Positions 10,364 to 22,890 of a DNA stretch of 64,000 bases are shown one piece after another (position 1 is the first letter of the stretch; each line of letters starts with the position of its first letter). Source of the DNA: Camelus dromedarius. Taxonomy: Eukaryota. Made by a program: the position numbers and the translations under genes. The notes below the pieces were generated by a model. The model worked only from the letters and a program-made list of their open reading frames with translations. It searched no databases and had not been told where the DNA came from. Location of the stretch: positions 76,510,001-76,574,000 of the forward strand of contig NC_087436.1 in NCBI RefSeq assembly GCF_036321535.1, in the 5' to 3' direction.

Positions 10364-13300
10364 CTTTTATCCCTCAAATATTATTAATAATATAGGTATC
10401 TAATTTAATTACGATAAAATGAGTTTATGTTTCATTGGCTACCACTTGCATTTTAAGACTGTCTCTAAACTTGAATAATAATTCTCACTAATAGATTTAT
10501 AATCTGTGTAAGAGTGTTTGAGTAGGGCTTGCTTAATACAGCGTTACATTTCATTTTACTCTTTAAGTGATCATTAAAGGCAAAGTCCAGTTTGTAAGTG
10601 TATGTATTTTAAATAATAAATAAGAGAAAAGAGGTCACAAATAATTATAATAAAAATATCATGCAAAGAAAATACAATGGTAACATGTTTAGTTATAATT
10701 TTATGGCAGATTAAAGAATTATCTTAAAATGCCATATTTTGAGATAAAAAAAGTGATCTGATTATGGCTTTTGCTTTTTCATTCTCTCCTTACATGAGAA
10801 CTCTGTACAACTAATTCATCATAGATACAAACACACAAAATTCCACCCCAAATTGCAGCTACAAACCCTTGCCAACAAGAGTTTATTTTTAAGATTCAGA
10901 TAGCCTGTTCACTGTGGCATTTCTAGCAGGCACCACATCACTAACGACGTGGAAGAGACATGAGAAAGAATCAATGTGAAATAACTTGATGACACTACAT
11001 TGTAAACTGATGACAAGTACGTATTGTTTAGAGAGATTAATCAGTTTGTTTGGAAGGTACAGGCACTCTGGTCCTAGGAGAATCCAAAACAGGATCCTCA
11101 TGCTCATTTTTTTTCTTTAAGTATGTGAAATTACTAGCCTATTTTTTCAAAGAGAAGAGCTAGACTTCTGTTGTAGGATTTTTACAGTTATCTTCCTGTG
11201 AAAAATGCTAACTTCATTTTAGTGCTTCAAGGAATAAGGAATTTACACTGGGTGATTTGCTCCTTTGTGGAACTTGAACACGTGGTCTCGGGGCCTATTT
11301 CAGGTCAGCGGAATTCCCTGTTTCCTGCCACAATTGGATGTTGTTCCTGAAGCAATGTAGTCTACCCCAGCTGAGGCGGAGCTGATAGGATGGTGTCTTG
11401 GAGGAATCGACTTTATACATCTAAGCATAATTTTTGCTCCTTTACTGTGTTTTATCCTATTGCAGAACTTGTTTAGGGATGCTGCCAGTCTTGGACAGGT
11501 GACTGTAAGCATTTTTATCTGTTGAACAGCAGAACCAGGGCTAGGACTTAACACTAACTCTTGATAATTTGTCCTGATTCACCATGTCCCCCTCCCAGGC
11601 TTTATGTATCGCCTCCTCTCTGACTCGGCCTTGCTTCATCCTGCCTAAAGGACATTGACTTTGTGTGCTGTTCTTTCATTTTAGACTAAGTGATCCTGTC
11701 CACTCCCTCTCCCTCTTTCACCTCATGAGCTGCGTGTTGCCCTCCAAGTCCTGGTTTCCAGGCTTGGCCCTGATTTGGACCTCGCTGCACTAGTCCTGGC
11801 ACTGACCGCGCTCTGCTGGGCCACAGAGACTGAATGCCTCAGGTCTGGTGTCTTACTGTTTCATAGATTTGAGTCTTTCACTCAGAGCAATTTTTATAAA
11901 TTATAAAATGCTTATAAGAGTTGAGTAAATATGTAGGCAGGGATGAAATGAAGTCCAAGAATTTTCTCTTTTTTCCCCACAACCCTCCTTACACTATCAG
12001 AAATGAAACAGGCTTACAATTCAGAAAGCAACTCTGCACAGAGCCTAAAAACAATATTTAGCAAAAAATAAATATTAGAAAATTTTATTTTTATAATTAT
12101 TGTTAATAAGTGTAGAGTATATTAACTTTAAATCACAGGCAATTTTTAGCAGTTACTTTTTCTTTTTTATAATGATTAACCATTACAATAAAGTATATTT
12201 TGACATTGAACAAGAAATCATTTCAGAAAGTAAGTGTGTGAGAGAGAAAGGACAAGTCCAAATAAATTAGGAAACAGTCAGCTACTTATATCTGTAGGTT
12301 AGCAGGGAGCTACAGGCCCAGAGAAAGTTTTCTCACAGAACGAGCACACTGCAAATACTTAAATGAAGTTTAACCCATTCTGGGGTGGGAAATCCATATT
12401 GAATTCCTAAAGAAATCAACAATAGGAAACTATAAAAAGCAGATTTTCTATTTGAAATAGAAAACAAGTAAAGAAGAAAAAATAGTTGAAGAAAACATGA
12501 GAACTTTAGGATTATATAATGAAAACAGACTGATTCCTTTAAGGATGGATGAAGTTTCTAATAAAGATGAGTTTAAAGAATACTTCTGGATGCATTCCTA
12601 CACGCACTCTGCATATAAAATGCCACATAATATGGTGGCCAGTGTATTACAGTTTATACAGTATCTTTATTTTTAATTGTTTAACTAGTTTTGATAGTAA
12701 CTGTGAATTGGGTAATTTTGTCACCATTTTCTTTTTTAGTTGTATCAGCTGAGGCCTGGAGCAGGAAATTAATCTTCAGATGGGCTTAGAGTAAAAGTCA
12801 AGACTCAAACCCATGCTGACTCCTGCCTTGGGGTTCATAACTTTACTGTTTTTGCTTCACCACATGTACCTTATAAAGTGCTGTCATAGACAGTCAAAAT
12901 TGGAATGACTCTTCGACATCCACATTGTCCAAACTTTCATTCAAAATACTTTAGCTCAGCAATGCTAGCCATCCTGCCCCTGCTTGAGAATTACTTTCAT
13001 CCCATTGTTGAAGAGCTCTAATCATTAGAATATTCTTTCATTTATGAAACCAAAATTTGACTTAGAGCATATAAAGGTATGCTAGATAATGGATAATGTG
13101 ATCTAGACATTCAGTAGCTGGCATTTTATGAAATGTAGTTGTTATTATTCACAGCTAAGGACTTTTACTCACCTCATGCAAAAGAATATAAGAGAATATG
13201 AATTTTCTGGATAGAAATATAAATTTAGAAATATAAATTTTCTAAATTTCATCCTTGAAACCAGTGGTTTGATGAACTGCTTCAGAAATCTCTTAGAATT

Positions 13301-14409
13301 CCAACAATTCCTTTTTGTTTCTTGGGAAACTCAGAAAATACTTAAGAAAAAAGCTAATGAAAGAATGAATGAACAGATAGATATCTATAGGTTTATTGTC
13401 AAATGAAAAGATTTTACTCAGTATATTCAAGAAATACATTTTTCCACCCTAAATTTCATCAGGCTTCATCCAGGAAAGGGACTGTCTGGGATTTGCTAGG
13501 GATGCCTTTATGCTCCAGACTAATCATCTCTTTATTGTTATTTTTCCTTCTTTACTCTGAGGCCTCCGTACATGTCTATAAACAAATGAAATTACCTACA
13601 AATTAGCAACTGTGTTCTTCAGTGATTCTAAATTGAGTCTTGGGAGTTAAATCTCGTGCTTAGGAGGGCATTTAAGCATCACTCCCATGCCATACTACTA
13701 TGAATTTGTTTATTTTGTTCCCTTAAGTCTCCTTTTTCCTAAAATAATATTTCTAGTTCACTTTATTTATGATATTTAATTATAATTCTTTGTAAGTAAG
13801 GCAAGTCAGTGATGAGCTAACAATAAAAAAGTGTTCATTTTAAACAAATAAATGAACTTTAATTGCTACAACGTGCCCCTAGTTTATTAGTGTCACTGTC
13901 AACAGGACAGACCAAAATTATACAGTTTATCCATTTGTGTGCCCTCATTAAAATCATGAAAAACATTAATATGTGTAAATGGTGGATATTCCCAAATCTA
14001 AATCTATGTTAAATATCCAAATGTGGTCAAATATGTGCAGATTGGGGCTATGAAATATACTTTTATGACTCTGGATCTAATTTATGAACACTGTTACAAG
14101 GTTTTTAATGGAGTGAAAATGAAGTCAGATTAAACTTCTTCCTACTTATATTAAAGCTCCAATCACAACACATAGACTAATAAATGTTACCTTGTAAGTA
14201 ATGAATGTCCCATCAAAACCCTTTTAATTTAAATCAAATTGTGATTGGAAATGTTTTGGACACTGAAGAAAATCATGGTAACTCGGAGTATAGAATACAC
14301 ATTTGGATCAACATCAAAAATTTTGAGTGATGGGTTTCTGAAAGGGACTGAATTCATTGATGAAGAATATATAGAGAGGAATGAGGCAAAGTTTCTAAAA
14401 TCAGGGGCT

Positions 14410-14590
14410 CACAAACTGCTAAGGTGCTATTAATTGTGTGATATGCCATCATTTTACGTAACACAGAGAAGTGAAAAAACAAACTGCGAATCAATTATAA
14501 GATGCCATTGCATTGACTGTAAGATGCACACCTATTTCAGACATGTTAAGCGTGAAAACTATTTATCCTAGAATCCTCGAACTATTGTAG
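14410..14590 (+). mobile_element. MER104-like Tc2/mariner MITE
   Basis: atgccatcattttacgtaac...aagatgccattg...gtaagatgcacacctatttcagacatgttaa...tagaatc matches the recalled MER104 consensus. Confidence 0.7.
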
Positions 14591-14594
14591 TTGG

Positions 14595-14840
14595 GAGCTC
14601 TAATGCCAGCTATGCTAAAATAAGAGCTGTGATAAGGGTGTAACACTCTGAGAACATAGAGGGAAATACTAATTTTGATGAGATGATCAGAGAAGGCTTC
14701 ATAGAGGAAAGAGTTGTGTGAATCCTTGAAAGAAGAGTAAGTTTAGACTTATGCAGAAAAGTTGGATAAGAGAGCATTCTGCAAAGAGAACAGATACTTC
14801 AAGGTTTTGAGAACCTAAGAGTCATATAAATGAGCAATAG
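14595..14840 (-). mobile_element. L2 fragment
   Basis: atcagagaaggcttcatagagga...ccttgaaagaagagtaag...agagcattctgcaaagagaacag is a typical reverse L2. Confidence 0.65.
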
Positions 14841-15114
14841 GCCCGTTAGAGTGGGCTGTCTGACACTGACTGTACTTACCAAGTGTTATTCTTAGGATTC
14901 CTCTAAAAAGCCACATGACTTTTTTTTTACTCAAAGAAGGCCTTGTGAGAATGTGGGGACTGTAATGGAACCTACTGGAACCAAGTCCTGGGAGCTCACT
15001 TAAACCAGCAAGGACTAGAAACAGGTCTTCTTACGTCTGATTTTTTTTATACGTAGCTTGTTAATACCATTTAACTTAACTATCTAAAAAGGAAGAAAAT
15101 TTAAATACATTATA

Positions 15115-15295
15115 ATGGTGAGGGCAGACCAGCCTTCCAAGACAAATCCTAGCTCTCTGACACTTACTAGCTAGACTTCTCTGGGCCTCAGTCTATTTGT
15201 CTGCATAATGGTTATACATTACCTGCCTCATAAGGATTCTGTGAGAAGGAAGTAAGTTATGGTAGGCACTGCACGCATATTTGTTCAATATAGAC
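15115..15295 (+). mobile_element. MIR SINE
   Basis: aatcctagctct...cacttactagc...tctctgggcctcagtc...tctgcataatgg...acctgcctcataagg. Confidence 0.8.
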
Positions 15296-15839
15296 CTGTG
15301 CGTATGTAAATAAATCCATGGGCTGCTAAGCATTACTTCACGGCCAGTAATTACAGAAGAATGAGACTTGCACTCTCTTTGAAATTGGAGAGCAGGCTCA
15401 GGGAAGAGGAGTCACTCAGTCCTTCTTGGTTTAGATTCTGGGCCAGTCCCACCAAGCTCATAGAGCTCATGAATGCCTCAGGCTGAGTGTGGCTAAAATT
15501 AATCTTACGCGAGAGGTTGGCATCTGGAAGTCAGGTGATGCCAGAGCACCAGATCCCCCCTTTCGGAGTGCACTCCCCAGCTATTGATCAGTATCCACAC
15601 TGAGGATTTTCTGCTTTGGAACCTGCCCCAGCCCTGAAACCTAGAGCACTGCCTAGCGCTCATCAGGCCCCTTCTCTCAGGAGCTGGGTCTTTGTTTATC
15701 AAATCTACAGCGTGTAGTTTCCCGTTAAGCATGGAGCAAAGGGCCCTGAAACAATACCAAGACCCACTGACTCTTAGCCTCACCTCCACAAAGAAGTAAT
15801 CTTTCCGCCCAAGGAGTATCCCTTCTCCGTGGCTCCCTA

Positions 15840-16968
15840 TCTAAATAAACCACTACCATTCACCACAGTGTCCTGCCAGTCGAGGTGCCCTGAAACTACT
15901 TCTGACACCTCCATTTACTTACCTCACCATAGCCCATTAATCACAAAAACAAGTCAGTGCTCCCTTTAAACATCTCTTAAATCCATCCACTCCTCTCCAT
16001 CACACTGCTCCCACCACCATCTCTCCCCAGTTTCTGCAGCGGCCTCCAAACTCACCTCCTGCCTCCTTCCAATCCACTCTCCTTTTTGAAGTCAGAATCA
16101 TATTTTCTAATCACAAAACATTATGTTACTGGTTTGATTTGACCTCTCAGTGGTTTTCTAGTACTGTTCGGATAAAAGCCAGTAATTAACGTAAGCAGGC
16201 CTCCAGAGCTGCACATCCTGACCCTGCCACTCTGCCTCTCTCTCCTCACACTCATCTTCTCTCCATTGCTCCAATACTCCATGAGGCTCCTCACCTAAGG
16301 CACCTGCTATTGTTCCTTAGCGTGATATCCTCCCTCCTGCCCTGCCCTAATAGGCAAAGACAGACTTACTCATCCTTCAGAATACCACCCATACTAGACT
16401 GCTCAGCCCGCCATAACAGAATACTGCAGACAGGGGTTATTTTCTCTCAGCTGTGGAGGCTGGAAGATCAAGGGTTGCTTTCTGGTGAGATCTCTATCCT
16501 TGGCTTACAGACAGCTGCCTTCTCACTGTGTCCTTACATGGCCTTTCCTCTGGGCAGGTGTACTTCTGGTATTTTTCTTCTTATAAGGACATCAGTCCTA
16601 TTGGATGAGGGCCCCACCCTCATGACCTCATTTAATCTGATTTGCCTCCTTAAAGGTTCTGTCTCCATGTACAGTCACACTGAGGGTTAGAACTTCAACA
16701 CATGGGTTAACGGGGGCACCATTCAGTCTGTAGCGTCATCCAGATACTACTTCCTGAGATACACATAGGTTAGTCAGGACTCTGTTAGATGTGCTCAAAA
16801 TTATAAATAATTTTAAAGTGATTTGATCTATGATATTATCCCATAGTAAGTATAAGCTCAGTGAGGGCAGGGACATTGTGTATCTTCTTTGCCAGAATAT
16901 CACCAGTACCTACCATAGGGCCTTGCACATAGTAAGTACTCAATAAATATTTAATAAATAAATGGATT
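15840..16968 (+). mobile_element. L2 3' end interrupted by MLT1A
   Basis: L2 3' motifs on both sides of the MaLR; ends tataagctcagtgagggcagggac...gcacatagtaagtactcaataaatatt. Confidence 0.8.
16390..16735 (-). mobile_element. MaLR solo LTR (MLT1A0/MLT1B-like)
   Basis: gccataacagaatac...ggaggctggaag...cttataaggacatcagtcctattgga...gggccccaccctcatgacctcatttaa...cattcagtctgtagc. Confidence 0.9.
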
Positions 16969-17129
16969 CATGCTGCCATGTTTTAGTTAGAAAGAGTTTT
17001 GGATGTAAACACCTAATTACATTAAGCCAGAGATCCTTACCTCTTAGGTATTTTCCTTAACCAGCTAGGTGCTCTCAAAAAGAATGGGTTCCGTACTCAG
17101 TTTAGGCCTCCGTAAGCCCCTGTCTTATG

Positions 17130-17930
17130 ACGACCCTGTTTTTTCCACTTTTCACAACATGCCAATGAAGGAAAGAGAGAAAAACATACTTCTTAAAAAA
17201 AAAAAAAATCACACACTCGTGTTGCTTGATACAGTAGACCATTTCAGGCTGCCAGCTGTCCTGCAAGATTCTCCTTCTCCCTAACCCTCTGCAACCAATT
17301 TATCTGCTGCCTACTGGTTATCTCTGATGACCATGAGCCATCTCCTGAAGTGGTTTCCTATTTCTCCTCATCACTTTTTCCCCTACATTGCTATGGTTAT
17401 CCTAACTAGATTGATCTATTTCTCCCTAAAATGCCATCCTGTTCTCCCATGTTTTAAACATGCTGTTCAGATAAAACCAAAGTAATTAACCCAACAAGGC
17501 CTAAATCCTGCAAATCCCTAAAGTCCTGCCCTCTGCCTGCTTAGCAGTCTTATCTTGTGCTCTCCATTGCTCTCGGGAGCAAATCCAAACTCTTTATGAC
17601 AGTTGATGAAGTCCTCTTAAAATCTAAACTTTTCAAAATTATCCAGCCTCTTCTTCATCAGCCTGAACTACTTCCCGTCCCCTCAGCCCCTTGCTCTCAT
17701 CTTTCTTAGCAGGCATTCATAATGCTGTTCCCTCTTTCCAGAATCCTTTCTCAATGATTCATCTGGCCGTCTTCACTTCTCTTTCATGTCTCTCCATAGA
17801 TGGTCCTTTCTCCAGAAAAACTTCCACATTCCCCAAATTTGGGTCTGGGTCCAACACCCTATCGTTTTTCGTCTTAGCATCTAACCTTTCATCATAAAAT
17901 CTTATAATTTCCTATTGACAAGGCTGCTAT
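17130..17930 (+). mobile_element. L2 fragments
   Basis: tgcttgatacagtagaccatttc... and aatgctgttccctctttccagaatcc are L2-like. Confidence 0.55.
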
Positions 17931-17956
17931 TCACTCAATCTAATTTAATTTTTCAA

Positions 17957-18004
17957 TTTCAGGAGCTATGCACACATTATTTTATGTGCACATAGCTCCT
18001 GAAA
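17957..18004. repeat. Inverted repeat (21-bp arms, 6-nt loop)
   Basis: tttcaggagctatg-ca-cacat / atgtg-ca-catagctcctgaaa; 19 of 21 positions are complementary. Confidence 0.9.
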
Positions 18005-18009
18005 ACCAT

Positions 18010-18345
18010 GTCAACAAAAGACAGCCGAATTCCACAAGTGACTGCCACTAGTAGATGGAAAACCATTGAAAACTAAGCCAACCATCTCTTAGAACTATGC
18101 TCCCTCTGTGTCGCTGCTCTTCTCTTCATGTTTTTATTATTCTTATATTCCTGAAGATTAGCCTCTTTGACTTCATTGCAAAGCTATAGATCTTGACTTT
18201 TCGTGTCCTCAGTTCCAATTTCACAGAGAAACAGACCAGGAGAAAATTCTGATCAGCCCTTCATGGGTCAGTATGTATCACTGATCTGAACATCACTAGC
18301 CAGGGAGGCAAAGTTATACAGTATGAACTTCTTACTGGGGACTTC
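18010..18345 (-). mobile_element. Old MaLR (MLT1L/K-like) fragment
   Basis: agttccaatttc...agaaaattctgatcagccc...gggtcag...ctagccaggga resembles old MLT1. Confidence 0.5.
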
Positions 18346-18465
18346 AAATTTGGGGGTTGAAAAGCAAATCTAAGAGTAAGTCACCCTTATTGCTGAACTA
18401 CACAATGCCTTTTTGTGAATCAGAAGAATCTGTCTGTTGGAAAAGTTATTATTAAATGTATGTCT

Positions 18466-18533
18466 ATAATAAATAAATAAATAAATAAATAAATATTTAT
18501 AAATATATATACATATTTATATATATATATAAA
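18466..18533. repeat. (TAAA)n/(TA)n low-complexity tract
   Basis: Read directly; flanked by ctataataa on both sides. Confidence 0.9.
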
Positions 18534-20414
18534 CTATAATAATTCTGCCTAGATTTACAGACATCACAAATGCACCTAGAAGCCCTGATTAGGGTTATGA
18601 ATTAAGCAGATACTTCAAACAACTCTCTATAGTCACTATTAAAAAGTAAAGCTATTATTGTCAATGGCACTTTTATTTTGCAAATTGATATAGTCAAATA
18701 TTGTACAAAAGAAATCTAAATTTATTGTATGTGATTGTAGAGAAAAAGTAGTCTTGTTTACCCCAAATATGTATTTGTTAAAAGGAACTCATGGAGATTA
18801 TTTGTAAAAATGTCTGTGTTGTACATAATTATCAAATTAGAAGATAATATTTTTGTTAATTTTTAATTAAAATTGTCAGTCACTGGAAGGCAAGCTGATT
18901 GGAATTAGAAACCTATTATATCTGAATTTTATGGGCTCAGAGACTATCTCCAAATCAGTTGGTGACTTAATGTCACATCTAACCTCTACTATATTGCCAC
19001 TCTCTATCTTCATATCTCTAAATTATGAATCTTCCTTTCAAAAATCACATGTGTTTATGACCCCCACATTCCTTGTTATGGTTTAATCTGATGGTAACTT
19101 GCTCTGTTTCTTGTTAGCAGATGATGGGGTAAGAAAGTAACATACATGGATTAGTGTATGGGAAAACTGATGGAGTTGAGAGACCAAGGTACTTTATTGG
19201 TCAGCAGAAAAAGAGATGATAGTAGATTTGGAATGTTTTGGAAAGAATGTTGTCTAATAGCTAAATGAGATGATTACCAAGTGCTTATTTTGCTTCCTTT
19301 GTAAACATGACTGATACAATTACGCTTTCTTTAAAGAAAATACTAGCTAGCATGATGCCATAACAACACTCAAGTACAAAATAAAGACACCTTAATACTG
19401 ATGTGAAGGAGCAGTGCATGAAAACAAGAAAAGAGTAACTGGTCAACTGAACTTAAAGTTAAAAACGCAAATGATCAGATGAGGCTGGTTCAGGAGTTGA
19501 TGAATTCTTCTCTGGGTTTGCTCATTTTCTGTGCAGCAGTCATATTATAGACCATATTGATGTTTCTAACGCACAGGCATATTTGACAGTTTTCATGACA
19601 TGCCCCTTAAATGGACTTTACTGATAAAACACAGAGAGCCGAAAATTTCCTCAAGCAGTTTGCTGGCTAAGCTTCCTACAGTCTGAGAGTGAGAGGGTTA
19701 AGTGTTGTGAAACCATACATAAACCATACAGTAATTGCTCTCAGACCTATTAGCAGAATGTCTTGCATAGAGTGTCATCCTGCCATTCCCCATGGGTCCT
19801 GTTCACTAACCCCTTGCATTTTGACAGTTATTATCATCCAAGCACAAAACATCACTACAATGCAGAGCTATCCGCATAGTAATGTATCAACATCAACTTG
19901 GTTTCTGAGAATAATTATTAAAATCCTGACTTTAATTGGAACATGGGAAAGGAAAGCCAAGCTTTTACCTTTATTTTTAAAAGATACTAACAACAAAATT
20001 AATTTCTATTGAGGTCACAAGAAACAAAACTACATGCATCCCTCTCTGAGGCAGTGTTGTCACATTACAGGAAATCAGGAGTCCGGGGCTTACTTCTTGT
20101 GCACTCACTTTGAAAATACTGCCCGTACTTCTGGCTCCCTTTAGGATTTTGTGACATGTAATTCATACACTGAGAAGTTATGAGGAAGCTGACTTTCAGC
20201 AAAATGAAATGTTTTCATTCCTAACTCTTTTGCTATGATGCTCGCATTACAAAACTCTCCCATTCATCAACATTACTCATTTCTCCTTTATTCCTATGTA
20301 TTTCTTCATTTGTGGGCTTGGACCTATTGGCTTATTTTTCCACTCCTTAATTTTATTTCAGGGAGTAACTGTCTTAAACAAAGAGCTTCCTGTTTAGTGA
20401 AGTTGAATCTTCAT

Positions 20415-20610
20415 TCCTTCACTCATTAAATAAATATTTATTGTGTTGAACTTTTTAAAATAACTGACCAGAATTCACTTGTCCTTTATCCACTCACTTA
20501 CTGGACTGAGTGCTTACAGCATTGCAAATATAGAAGGAGCTCTCCTAGGTGCTAGATATACAAAGGAAAATAATACATTGTCGATGCTCTTGAAAATCTC
20601 ACTGTGTGGC
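20415..20610 (-). mobile_element. L2 3' end
   Basis: cattccttcactcatt...aaatatttattg...ctaggtgctagatatacaaag. Confidence 0.6.
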
Positions 20611-20829
20611 TGTGGATCGTAGTCTGTGGTCATGTAGTACATCAGACAGAGATGAGACCCTATCGCAGTGTCCTTGTTCATATATATCTACCTTACCCTG
20701 AAACCTAACCATCGTCCATTTACTCGTCTTTGAATAAAACAATACCTATAGAATACTGAATGCTCCAGAAAATATATAATTCATAGGAGAAGAGCATTTC
20801 TGATTTCAGAGTGTAACTTCTAGTTTAAT

Positions 20830-21150
20830 TCAAGCCAGAAGATTGCTATATAACACTTGACCCCAAACCTCAGTGGCTTAAAGTAATAACCAAATTATTA
20901 TTGTTCACGAGACTACAAGTTAACTGGGAGGTTCTTCTAGGCTCAGCTGGGCTCTGCATGTGTTAACAATTAGCTGTGGATTGAGTGGGCAGCTCTGCTT
21001 ATTTTGGTTGGACTCTTAAATGTCTGGGGGTCAGTTGATTGATAGCTGGTCTGGAATTGCCTCAAGCTTTTTCTTCTTCATGTTCTCATGAAGAGACAGA
21101 CAGAGAGTAGTAAGCAAGGCCAGTTGTTAAGAGTGCAAGCAGAAATAAAC
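20830..21150 (-). mobile_element. MaLR LTR (MLT1G/H-like), partial
   Basis: ccccaaacctcagtggcttaaa...ttattattgttcacgag...ggctcagctggg...gtctgggggtcagttg. Confidence 0.75.
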
Positions 21151-21264
21151 ATACATGCATTTTATTAATGGAATGACACTCTGTTGTCATTCCATTCAAA
21201 ATATGAGTTTGTTTCTCCTCTAAGTTCTTTTTAAGGAGTATCTTAAACATCGCACAGAGTTCTG

Positions 21265-21380
21265 CTTCTCCCTTCTCTTTCCTTCCTTTCCCCCTTCCTT
21301 TCTCTTCCCTTCCTTTTACTTTCCTCCTTTCTCCTTCTTTTCCTCTCCCTACTCCTCCTATTCTTTTCCTTTCTCTCCCT
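21265..21380. repeat. Polypyrimidine (CT-rich) low-complexity tract
   Basis: About 115 bp almost purely C/T. Confidence 0.9.
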
Positions 21381-21399
21381 GTGGTGTCAGATTTGATTT

Positions 21400-22530
21400 A
21401 AAAATATCAGTGTGATCTCATGTTTTTCAGTGTCTTTTGATACATATAGAAATAATTATAGATCTAAATATACATACATATATTCTCTACTTTGTTCACT
21501 GTGAGAGACGTGGAGAAGAGACACTCCAGTAGCAATTAGCACTCAGATAATGGCTTCTCAGTACTATTTTATGTGAAAAGAAAGCAGGTTTCCTTGGAGA
21601 AATGGTTGATTCCCAGGGCTGGGGCAGAGAAAGTCAAAGATGAGGTTGGGGCATCTTGTGGTGCTGCAAGAGTAACAGACACGTGCAAAAGGACTCAGAA
21701 GCTCACTTGAAAAAGTTCACACTGGCCAAATCAGGGAGAATTTTAACATCAAAATCAAGAATGGTAGTAATGGATTGTATTGCACAAAGTGGAATAGGAA
21801 TTTGTGAGTCCGTATTATATTAAAATACTAAATGGATGTATAAAATTTTAATGAGAAACAGGAAATATATAATTTCAAAGTATGACCCTGTAAAATGTGC
21901 ACTAATTTACCATGAAAGAGTATTTTTACAGTGGAGACACCTAACAGATACAACAGTAATCACTTGACCAAAATGAACAGTCTCAGCAGTGGGAAAAATT
22001 GGAACTGTGTACGACTTGATAGCCTGCAAGTAGAACACAGCATCACTTCTCTGATATTTTTGCCAAAGATGCATAACATGACTCTAAGCATGATGAAATA
22101 CCAGACAAACTAAAATTGAGGAACATTCAACAAGATAACTGGCCTGTTGTCTTCCAAAGTGTCAAGGTCATGAAAGACAAAGAAAGACTGAGGAACTGCT
22201 GTGGTTTGAAGATTAAAGAGACATGACTAGTAAATTCCATGTCTTATTCTGAACTGGACTCTTACTGTTAAGGACAGTATTGGAACATAGTGAAACAAGA
22301 ATGGGGTCTGAGGATTTGAAGGTTGTAATGTATCAATATTAGCTTCTTATTTTAGATAGCCTTGTTGTGGTTATGTTAAAAATGTCTTTGGAGGAAATAA
22401 ATGTTAAAGTAGTTGTGGCTGATGACACTTCCGGTCAGCAACTTTAATTTCAAATGGTTTAGCAAAATGAAAAGCTCTTTGTTCTGCATATCCAACTTCA
22501 CTGCAATTATTTCAAAGTTTAAAAAAAAAA
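21400..22530 (+). mobile_element. Old L1 3' UTR (L1MC4/5-like)
   Basis: actccagtagcaat...ccttggagaaatggttgattcccagggctggggcag...cagcatcacttc...aaagtgtcaaggtcatgaaagacaaagaaagactgaggaactg; A-rich end at about 22520-22530. Confidence 0.85.
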
Positions 22531-22699
22531 TTCTCCTTGCCACCCCCCTCAATTGCATAGATCTTAAAACCAGTGGCATTTAACAGTGCCATGAACCCAA
22601 AGGCAAATCTATGTGCAATAAATATAGTCATGGAACAAATGGGACTGATGGAGTATACTCTCCTTAATTGCAATCTTGAGGAAGTAAAATTACAAGAAT

Positions 22700-22890
22700 T
22701 ATTTCTTGAGCATTTATTTCGTGCCTGTTACTGAATATATGTTATTTCTAATCTTTTACTAATATTCACTAGTAAAGTCTAGGAAAGTGTGTCTCAGGCA
22801 AACTAAGGCACACTGTTAGGAAAGAGTGCAGCTGGGATTTCAACCACCACCTGTCTGGCTTGAGAACTCGCCGTCTGCTGTGTTATGCTG
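22700..22890 (-). mobile_element. MIR fragment
   Basis: ttgagcatttatttcgtgcc...aaactaaggcac...gcagctgggatttcaacc. Confidence 0.6.

Noticed and set aside
16310..16690. 126-aa ORF
   Set aside because: Lies within L2 and MLT1A LTR sequence
19100..19135. Possible 8- or 11-nt microexon (ttagcag ATGATGGG gtaaga)
   Set aside because: Not frame-preserving and no host gene identified
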